Notes under the pieces: model-generated | The model's database searches: none | What the model saw: the letters and a program-made list of their open reading frames with translations, nothing else | Told to the model about the DNA's origin: nothing | Assembly: GCA_011052285.1 (NCBI GenBank) | Contig: DRJH01000455.1 | Location: forward strand, 1-29,310 | Length of the DNA stretch: 29,310 bases | Origin: Gammaproteobacteria bacterium | GTDB lineage: Bacteria > Pseudomonadota > Gammaproteobacteria > Arenicellales > DRJH01 | Direction: 5' to 3' | Part shown: positions 1 through 6,720 of the stretch, piece after piece | Layout: each line of letters begins with the position of its first letter | Position numbering within the stretch: position 1 is the first letter of the stretch | Position numbers and translations under genes: made by a program

Positions 1-461
1 ATCGTTGCCTGACAGTAAGTTTCATCAGGAAAAGCAATTCTTAGTTGGCTAATATCACCCGGAGCAATGGCATTCGGCATGTTCACAACCGTTCCTTGCC
101 CTTTTTTAAAACCAACAGGGCCATATCCAAGATAGAGAGATGAGCCAACAGAAAACTTAACTTCGGGATATTTGACCTTACTATCCTGCAACGAGAAGCT
201 ACCATTTCCATTCCGCCACTGCCCCAGCCTTAATCGCACCTTGCTTTGGCCAGTACATTCATTTTCTGACGCACTACCAAACAGCCCCGCTTCACGCTCA
301 CGTAATTTATTCACGTCATAGCCGCAATCCTCCGCAGCGGCGACCCGCCACCACTGCCTCAGCAGCGCCTTAAAGGGTGGAGTGCGCCATTGCCCCTGCT
401 GTTGGGCATTGCCCAAAAAGGCCGGGGTGGTAAAAGACACCTGCAGTTCCAGCTTCTTCAT
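1..461 (-). CDS. cmr1: Type III-B CRISPR RAMP protein Cmr1 (N-terminal part; runs off the left edge)
   Basis: Manual translation from ATG at 461 gives MKKLELQVSFTTPAFLGNAQQQGQWRTPPFKALLRQWWRVAAA...LREREAGLFGSAS...SKVRLRL...LYLGYGP, open to base 1. The TP-FLG, 'K-LLR-WWR', 'E--LFGS' and 'YLGYG' motifs are typical of Cmr1. ATGA overlap with the cas6 stop. Absent from the ORF track. Confidence 0.88.
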   Translation of the reverse strand, partial: MKKLELQVSFTTPAFLGNAQQQGQWRTPPFKALLRQWWRVAAAEDCGYDVNKLREREAGLFGSASENECTGQSKVRLRLGQWRNGNGSFSLQDSKVKYPEVKFSVGSSLYLGYGPVGFKKGQGTVVNMPNAIAPGDISQLRIAFPDETYCQAT

Positions 462-1348
462 CCCGCTTCCCCTTGGTTTGTTGACGTGAGCGCATACCGT
501 CCCAGGCCCATGGTGGCCAGTTTGCCGATATGCACCCATTGACCCAACCAGAGCAGGGACCAGATCCCCTGCACCTGTTCATTAGTTAACGTAAAATTGC
601 CCATCACACCGCCGATTTTCATTGCAGTTTTCTGACGGCTTGAATACCGTTCCATTTCCTGCCAGCGGCAATCCGTTGCTTGCCATTGTCCCACCGTACT
701 GACCTCACACAATGCCCGCATGGAGTTCTCTTCACCCCAGAATGACGCCAGACTGATGAGTCGCCGCCGCAATGCAGTGATCCAGTGTTCCAGATTGAGC
801 GTTTTCGGGGTGATGAAATGACCCTGATACTTGAATCTTGCCGGGGTCAAGAGTTGCAAAGACATGGCCCCCGGCTGGCATTCCGGGATTTGGACTAATG
901 ATTCAGCTGGCAGCTGCAGTTTCTGCCATTGGGTGCCATTGAAATATTCGTTGGTCGCGAGGGTGAACGGAATCTGTGCCACTCGACTCGCACCCGCCTG
1001 ACGCAGCGCCTGCAGGATAAAGGGCAGGAAACCCAGGGCACGGCTCCCGATCACCGTCATATAGAGCGACATTTTTCCATCCTCAAGGGCGGGGAACATG
1101 GTGTACGGTGCGGGCACACCGCCACTGGCCGCTTTGGGGTCAAAGATCCACTTCGATTCGAAAACCGTGGTATAGGCACAGGTTTTTTTTACCGGGCAGT
1201 TTTCACAATGGCCCTGACTGAACAGGCAAACCAGTTTTTTCAGCGCATGGCCGAATGCACCACGCCAGGCGGAGCCCAGATAGTGTCCGGGATGTGCAGT
1301 GCCCGGCATCGAAAACCGAAGGCGCAGCGGGACGAGCGCAAGTGCCAT
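458..1348 (-). CDS. cas6: CRISPR pre-crRNA processing endoribonuclease Cas6
   Basis: GSAWRGAFGHALK motif, N-terminal Cys cluster (C-x6-CxxC-x5-C), C-terminal G-rich loop GQWVHIGKLATMGLGRY. Start placed at ATG 1348 (MALALVPL), 5 nt after the upstream stop; the ORF-track start at 1447 overlaps the upstream gene. Confidence 0.92.
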   Translation of the reverse strand: MALALVPLRLRFSMPGTAHPGHYLGSAWRGAFGHALKKLVCLFSQGHCENCPVKKTCAYTTVFESKWIFDPKAASGGVPAPYTMFPALEDGKMSLYMTVIGSRALGFLPFILQALRQAGASRVAQIPFTLATNEYFNGTQWQKLQLPAESLVQIPECQPGAMSLQLLTPARFKYQGHFITPKTLNLEHWITALRRRLISLASFWGEENSMRALCEVSTVGQWQATDCRWQEMERYSSRQKTAMKIGGVMGNFTLTNEQVQGIWSLLWLGQWVHIGKLATMGLGRYALTSTNQGEAG

Positions 1349-1352
1349 GGGA

Positions 1353-1661
1353 TCATGCGAAGACAATCTGCGCCGCCTTGAGCTGGAACAAGCCAAACCG
1401 GTAATGACCGGGGGATCCGGTGCGGATAATTTCGTAAGGGGACGCATTGACGCCCAATCCCTGGCGTATTGCCTTGTTGATCAGCGACTTTCGTTGCTCA
1501 AAGTACGACTTGGTCATCCCATGTCGAAGTGCCTCCCGGGTTCTGTCGTGACCTTGCAGGCCATTGTTTGTGATCTGTAGGTAATTGTCAATAAAAGCTT
1601 TTCCGCTGTCCACATCGGGGCAGCCATCTGCAGGACAGGCGATCGCAGCCGATCCTTGCAT
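1353..1661 (-). pseudogene. C-terminal remnant of an NE0113/Csx14-like CRISPR-associated CARF protein
   Basis: The 102-aa frame (AFIDNYLQI...EALRHGMTKSYFEQRKSLINKAIRQGLG...PYEI...YRFGL) resembles my recollection of the NE0113-family C-terminal domain. It sits directly upstream of cas6. In-frame TAG/TAA immediately precede the ATG, there is no SD and no CARF domain. Confidence 0.55.
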
Positions 1662-1790
1662 TTATCGCTGCTACAAAAAATAGTCAAAAAAAGCAAACCA
1701 TGAGCCATGTTTCAATAAGAAAGCTATTGTCTCCTTCCGTAATTATGTGGGTAGATTCACAAAACTCAGATTCCAACCGGTATTGGTTAA

Positions 1791-1809
1791 CCACCACATG
1801 TAGTGGTGG
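1791..1809. promoter_or_regulatory. Inverted repeat CCACCAC-ATGTA-GTGGTGG; resembles a single NrdR-type box
   Basis: Perfect 7-bp arms seen directly. CCACCACATGTAGTG loosely matches the NrdR consensus acaCwAtATaTwGtg, but no nrd gene is nearby. Confidence 0.25.
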
Positions 1810-1878
1810 GCAGATAAGTAAACGAAGGAGAGTGACTACCACGAAGACTGTTGGAACAATTATGATATGATATACTAT

Positions 1879-1898
1879 CCATAAGTTTTAACTTATGG
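1879..1898. promoter_or_regulatory. Candidate CbbR/LysR operator CCATAAGTT-TT-AACTTATGG
   Basis: Perfect 9-bp inverted repeat 10 nt upstream of the cbbR ATG. It contains TAA-N8-TTA, matching the TNA-N7/8-TNA sites described for CbbR. Confidence 0.65.
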
Positions 1899-1908
1899 AA
1901 TATCTGCC

Positions 1909-2835
1909 ATGCATGTTACCCTGCGTCAACTCACCGTATTTGAGTCCGTGGCCCGGAACTTAAGTTTCACCCAGGCGGCAGAAGAGCTGTTTCTAAGCCA
2001 ACCGGCCGTGTCGATGCAAATCAAGCAACTGGAGCAGAATCTAGAGGTCATGCTGTTGGATCGGGTGGGCAAGCGGACTTACCTCACCGAGAGTGGGCGA
2101 GAAGTCAAGGCCACCTGCAAACGAATCACCCACCTGCTCAATGAGTTGGAAACCGTACTCGATAATCTCAAAAACCTCAAAGCCGGCAAACTGCACTTAA
2201 CCGTCGCGTCGACAGCAAATTATTTTCTTCCCGCCATACTTGCAGTATTCAAACAACGACTGCCGCAGATCAGTATTGCCTTGAATGTCACCAATCGCAA
2301 GAATCTGCTGGAAGCGCTGGATGATAATGATGTGGACCTGGTGATCATGGGCCAACCACCGGAAGACAGGGATCTCGAAGCAGGCGTATTCGCCCTCAAT
2401 CCTCTGGTTATCGTAGCCAACTCCGACCATGAACTAGCCGCTCAGTCACGGGTGCCATTGCAGCGACTTAAAGATGAGATATTTCTGGTCAGGGAACAAG
2501 GCTCGGGAACCCGTATTGCCATGGAACGCTTCTTCCATGAACAGGGCATTCGCATGAAAACCGGCATGGTGGCCGATAGCAACGAAGCGATCAAGCAAAG
2601 CGTCGCTGCCGGCTTGGGACTCGGCCTGTTGTCACACGATACTCTGGCGATGGAACTACAGCTGAATTACTTGACTATTCTCGATGTCATCGATATGCCC
2701 ATCATCCGCAAATGGCATATCGTTCATCGAGCCGGCAAACGCCTGAGCCGTTCTGCAGCGGTATTCAAGGATTTCCTGCTCGACGAAGGCGAAACCATCC
2801 TCGGCGGGCCTGATCGGTTTGCCTCCCAAACCTAA
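1909..2835 (+). CDS. cbbR: LysR-family regulator, CbbR (RuBisCO operon regulator) type
   Basis: MHVTLRQL..F..VAR..SFT.AAEEL.LSQPAVSMQIKQLE HTH; REQGSGTR and SNEAIKQSVAAGLGL motifs characteristic of the CbbR subfamily. Confidence 0.85.
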   Translation: MHVTLRQLTVFESVARNLSFTQAAEELFLSQPAVSMQIKQLEQNLEVMLLDRVGKRTYLTESGREVKATCKRITHLLNELETVLDNLKNLKAGKLHLTVASTANYFLPAILAVFKQRLPQISIALNVTNRKNLLEALDDNDVDLVIMGQPPEDRDLEAGVFALNPLVIVANSDHELAAQSRVPLQRLKDEIFLVREQGSGTRIAMERFFHEQGIRMKTGMVADSNEAIKQSVAAGLGLGLLSHDTLAMELQLNYLTILDVIDMPIIRKWHIVHRAGKRLSRSAAVFKDFLLDEGETILGGPDRFASQT

Positions 2836-4163
2836 CCCCCAACATCAAACAGGGAACGGTCAATAATATCGAGCATCTGATCCACCTGTTCGGCTGAAAT
2901 CGACAGCGGTGGAGCAATCCGCAGAACATTCCCGTACAGGCCACCATGACCCAGTAGTAGGCCTTTTTCCTTGCAACGATCCATTAACGCCACCGTTTCC
3001 TTGACTGCGTGGACCTTGGTGTTCTTGTCTTCGACCAGTTCCATACCCAGCAGCAGCCCGCGACCGCGAACATCACCAATCAATGCGTGGTGCGTTTGCA
3101 TCTGCTTGAGCCCGTCTACTACCCGCTGACCCATATCCCGGGCATTGGCGATCAGATTTTCTTCCTTAATGATTTCAAGTGCCAGCCTGGCTTGCATGGT
3201 CTGATAGGGATCACCACCAAAAGTATTAAAATACAATTTACCAGCCAGAGATTCAGTATCCGCAGTTTTCATCAACGCGGCACCAATGGCCGCACCATTA
3301 CCCAGGCCCTTGGCCATGGTAATCATGTCGGCATCGATACCGAGTTCGCGGGTTAACAGATAACTTCCGCCACAGCGGCCTGCTCCGGTCTGCACTTCAT
3401 CACTGATGTACTTGCCACCATAGTTATGCACAATCCGGGTGACTTCAGCAAAATAATCTGCTGGTGGTGTAATAAAACCACCCACTCCCATTACCGGCTC
3501 CACAATCATGGCGGCAATACGCCCGTGGGTACTGGTTTGAATGGTGGTCTCTACATTCTTCGCACATTCCAGCTCACAGCTTTCCGGCTTTTGCTTGAAT
3601 GGACATCGGTAGCAATAAGGTTCCAATGCGCTGGCCGTAGCAGCACTTGGCTGGGCTCGAAATCGCCAGTTGTGATGGCCACATTGTGCCAGAGTACCTG
3701 AGGTGCCGCCGTGGTAGCCGTGACGCAAATTAACAACAATCGATTCGCCGGTGGCATGCCGGGCCGTCATGAATGCCAACTCGTTAGCCTCGGATCCGGA
3801 ATTAGTGAATGAAGCACGATCAATGCCCTCCGGGGCTTCGGCCAGCAGCGCCTCGGCCAACTCAACCGAAAACCGACTCAAATACAGCAGAGTCGTATGC
3901 TGGATCTGGTCAGATTCAATCATCTCAATGATTTTCTGTTTGATCCGGGGATGATTATGGCCAACGGAGATACAGATAATGCCTCCAATTGCATCCAGGT
4001 AGCGGTTGCCCGCTTCATCCCACACATGCACACCACGGGCTTTGACCAGGTGCAGGGGTTGTTCATGGTAGAGATGGGCGGTTGGCAGGAAGTGTTGCTT
4101 GCGACGCTCGATCAAAAAAGCATTACTGGGAAAAGAGGCGTTGCCGGGGGCTTGGTTGCGCAT
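2832..4163 (-). CDS. Class III PLP aminotransferase (AGXT2-like / GabT superfamily)
   Basis: YLDAIGGI..SVGHNHP, FTNSGSEANE, YHGGT, IVEPVMGVGG, DEVQTG, MAKGLGNG (PLP lysine), DVRGRGLLLG. Confidence 0.9.
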   Translation of the reverse strand: MRNQAPGNASFPSNAFLIERRKQHFLPTAHLYHEQPLHLVKARGVHVWDEAGNRYLDAIGGIICISVGHNHPRIKQKIIEMIESDQIQHTTLLYLSRFSVELAEALLAEAPEGIDRASFTNSGSEANELAFMTARHATGESIVVNLRHGYHGGTSGTLAQCGHHNWRFRAQPSAATASALEPYCYRCPFKQKPESCELECAKNVETTIQTSTHGRIAAMIVEPVMGVGGFITPPADYFAEVTRIVHNYGGKYISDEVQTGAGRCGGSYLLTRELGIDADMITMAKGLGNGAAIGAALMKTADTESLAGKLYFNTFGGDPYQTMQARLALEIIKEENLIANARDMGQRVVDGLKQMQTHHALIGDVRGRGLLLGMELVEDKNTKVHAVKETVALMDRCKEKGLLLGHGGLYGNVLRIAPPLSISAEQVDQMLDIIDRSLFDVGG

Positions 4164-4239
4164 AATTTCAGACCTTTTTGAAAGTATTCAAAGGGCGCAC
4201 GCATTGGCGCTGTACAGACACAGATTGATGATCAGCACG

Positions 4240-4935
4240 CTACTTCGATCGGTCCTGCCTGTCAATATTTTTTGGGTTCCCAGGTGGTATTGTAGTACCA
4301 TCATCGGGTGGTCGAAACTGCTGCAGACGGCCGCGAAATACAAACCACATCAGCACGGCTGCAATCGCAAACAACACCCACAGTGGCCAGGTGATGTGTT
4401 CGATATGGTAACCGAACAGGACCAGAATAATCAGCACCGGCAATATACCAATACCGGTAGCCAACAAAAATTTGCCCCAACTGATGGCGGTGAGACCAGC
4501 CAGATAGTTGACCAGATTAAAAGCAATGATCGGCACGAAACGACTGATTAATACAAAGCTGAAACCCTGCTCCGATATCCAGGCATCGAACTTATGCCAA
4601 TCCTTGCGGGCGATCATTTTCTCGGCAAAAGGCCGCCCTAACCAACGCACCAGAGCAAAGGCCAGGGCAGCACCAAGCATAGCACCAACCCAGGAAATGA
4701 CCGCACCCCAGACCGGGCCATAAACCATGCCATTGGCAATGGTCAAAAACTCGGCAGGAAATGGTACAAAGGTGTGCAACACCATTAGGCCAATAGAACC
4801 GGCTACACCCCAACCACGCAGTTCCAAAATTGTGGTCTCCAGCGCCTGCACCGAAAAACCCACATCAAACAGAGCATAGACAGTGCCGACGATGATCAGA
4901 ACCAGTATCAATCCCGGCAGGATGAGCGATTTCAT
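4240..4935 (-). CDS. TVP38/TMEM64 (DedA, VTT domain) membrane protein
   Basis: PFPAEFLTIANGMVYG, G..LGA..AF.L.R, SRFVPIIAFNLVNY.AG; several TM helices. Confidence 0.88.
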   Translation of the reverse strand: MKSLILPGLILVLIIVGTVYALFDVGFSVQALETTILELRGWGVAGSIGLMVLHTFVPFPAEFLTIANGMVYGPVWGAVISWVGAMLGAALAFALVRWLGRPFAEKMIARKDWHKFDAWISEQGFSFVLISRFVPIIAFNLVNYLAGLTAISWGKFLLATGIGILPVLIILVLFGYHIEHITWPLWVLFAIAAVLMWFVFRGRLQQFRPPDDGTTIPPGNPKNIDRQDRSK

Positions 4936-4977
4936 CGAGCAAGTGGCTTGCTTAGGAGAACATTCTGAAGGATATGT

Positions 4978-6204
4978 TCACGCTTTGGCCGTACTAACAG
5001 CACCAGCAATACGCCGACCAAACACTACTTCCTGTCCGGGCATCGGCTGTGTTGGGATATTGAACGCCAGAAGCAAAGATATGACCGCAATACCCGTACC
5101 GGTAAAAAAGACCGCTGCCGGAGAGATCATCCAGACCACGCCGAGGAGTACGGGTAAAATCACAGCTGCGATATGATTTATCGAGAAGGCCACCCCCGCT
5201 GTTGAGGCGATATCCGCTGGATCGGCGATTTTCTGAAAATAGGTTTTGATGCTGATGGCCATGGCAAAAAACAGGTGATCCAGTACATACAGAATCATTG
5301 CCAGCCAGGCAGTTTCAACCACCGCATAAGCATAGAACACGATGATCAGGCCGATATATTCACAAATCAAGGCGCGACGTTCACCCCAACGGACAATCAT
5401 CCTGCCAATCTTCGGCGCCAAAAAAATATTCAGGGTGGCATTGAGTAAAAACAGCAGCGATATCGTCCCAACACTGAGACCAAATTTTTCCACCATCAAG
5501 AACCCGGCAAACACCACAAAAATCTGCCGTCGCGCACCTGCCATGAACGTTAATGCGTAATAAAGCCAATAACGACGCCGTACAATCAATTTCTTATTCT
5601 GTACGATATGGGCTTGAAAGTGCGGAAAAAAGGCGGCTGTACCCAACACAATAAGCAGGCTAATACCCGCACCGGCCAGGTAAATCCAGTGATACTCCAG
5701 CGCCAGTTTTTCAGATAAGAGCCAAACCATCGCAAAACTGAGAATAGCCGCAAATGAACGGGTGGAAATAATGCGTCCCAGGATCTCCGGTGCATTATTT
5801 TTCGGCAACCATTGCAGAGACAACGAGGACTGCAGCGTCTCTTGATAATGGAACCCCAGCGACATCAGCACCGTGGTAAGGTAAAGACCCAACACGGACG
5901 GAAAGAAGCCGGTAACAGCGGTACCGGCTGCCATCAATACGACCATCCAGTAAAAAAGCCGCTGTTCCCGCACCAGTAACAACAACAAGACGACTGCAAA
6001 AGCCAGTAATCCAGGGATTTCACGAATGCCTTGCAGCAGCCCCATATCGGCACCGGTAAAAGCGGCCCGTTCAATAGCAAAATTGTTCAGCAAGGCCTGC
6101 CAGGTTGCAAAGCTGAAGGGGATCGCCGCAGCCAGGCACATCAGCATGACTTCCGGGCGCTGGCGCAACGCCAGAATTTTTTGTCGCATCATGTCAGTGC
6201 GCAC
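4978..6204 (-). CDS. MFS transporter
   Basis: About 12 hydrophobic segments in 408 aa, with G-x3-x-RWG-R-type loop (GRMIVRWGERR). Start could be ATG 6192. Confidence 0.85.
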   Translation of the reverse strand: MRTDMMRQKILALRQRPEVMLMCLAAAIPFSFATWQALLNNFAIERAAFTGADMGLLQGIREIPGLLAFAVVLLLLLVREQRLFYWMVVLMAAGTAVTGFFPSVLGLYLTTVLMSLGFHYQETLQSSLSLQWLPKNNAPEILGRIISTRSFAAILSFAMVWLLSEKLALEYHWIYLAGAGISLLIVLGTAAFFPHFQAHIVQNKKLIVRRRYWLYYALTFMAGARRQIFVVFAGFLMVEKFGLSVGTISLLFLLNATLNIFLAPKIGRMIVRWGERRALICEYIGLIIVFYAYAVVETAWLAMILYVLDHLFFAMAISIKTYFQKIADPADIASTAGVAFSINHIAAVILPVLLGVVWMISPAAVFFTGTGIAVISLLLAFNIPTQPMPGQEVVFGRRIAGAVSTAKA

Positions 6205-6225
6205 AGCACCGTGAATTTCCCAATC

Positions 6226-6621
6226 CTAACCACCCTTCACGCGCTCGGCCTTAAGTAATTTTAGAATCAGACTGGCCATGGCATTACCGACATAAATCCG
6301 CGAATCGGAGGCACAGGTATCGTGAACCCAACCGATCACACTGTTGATAGAGATGTTATTCAAAATATCCACCGGGCGCTTCTCGGTGAGACTATCCACC
6401 ATACTGTAACTGGACATATAGCCCTGGATCCAACTGACCATAAGCAGATAATCCTGATCCATCGCACCCCGCCGCTCAGCCTGCAGAAAAAACTTACAGG
6501 ATTTATTGCCATAACCAAAGGTAAAAGCAGTGCCGGCTTGTGCACTCCGGGCCACTGTCAGGCTCAAGAATCCCACTACAATCAGCACCGCAATGCTGCA
6601 ACGATAGTGTTCTAACTTCAT
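6226..6621 (-). CDS. Small secreted protein, possibly HdeA/HdeB- or Rap1a-like helical fold
   Basis: Start at ATG 6621 (GAGG upstream); signal peptide ending SAQA; mature part has SC..FL, W-I-Q-G-Y and a second Cys (DTC). The fold call is tentative. Confidence 0.6.
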   Translation of the reverse strand: MKLEHYRCSIAVLIVVGFLSLTVARSAQAGTAFTFGYGNKSCKFFLQAERRGAMDQDYLLMVSWIQGYMSSYSMVDSLTEKRPVDILNNISINSVIGWVHDTCASDSRIYVGNAMASLILKLLKAERVKGG

Positions 6622-6668
6622 AGCCTCTACGCCCCCGTTTGTCTGCAGACAGTATACTGGATGCGATA

Positions 6669-6709
6669 CGGTTTCTCCACAGAAACCGGAATCACAGAAA
6701 CCGGAATCA
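6669..6709. repeat. 15-bp tandem duplication (CACAGAAACCGGAAT x2) with overlapping 8-bp hairpin
   Basis: Copies at 6678-6692 and 6693-6707. CGGTTTCT (6669-6676) is complementary to AGAAACCG in both copies. Confidence 0.85.
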
Positions 6710-6720
6710 TCCATGCAGAG

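Noticed and set aside
370-582. 70-aa minus-strand ORF in the track
   Set aside because: Alternative frame over the real cmr1 and cas6 genes.
1349-1447. N-terminal extension of Cas6 to 329 aa
   Set aside because: Overlaps the upstream Csx14-like frame; ATG 1348 fits operon spacing and family length better.
1675-1692. A6 and A7 homopolymers as a phase-variation switch for the Csx14-like gene
   Set aside because: Two in-frame stops (TAG, TAA) lie between the tracts and the conserved frame, so slippage cannot restore a long ORF.
1709-1745. GTTTCAAT (ATTGAAAC on the minus strand), the typical end of type I/III CRISPR repeats, upstream of the cas operon
   Set aside because: Only one copy, no repeat-spacer periodicity and only a weak 5-bp hairpin; not enough to call an array or orphan repeat.
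1832-1870. AAGGAG followed by GTG opening a 12-aa leader peptide before cbbR
   Set aside because: SD-to-start spacing is only 1 nt and the peptide has no informative composition.
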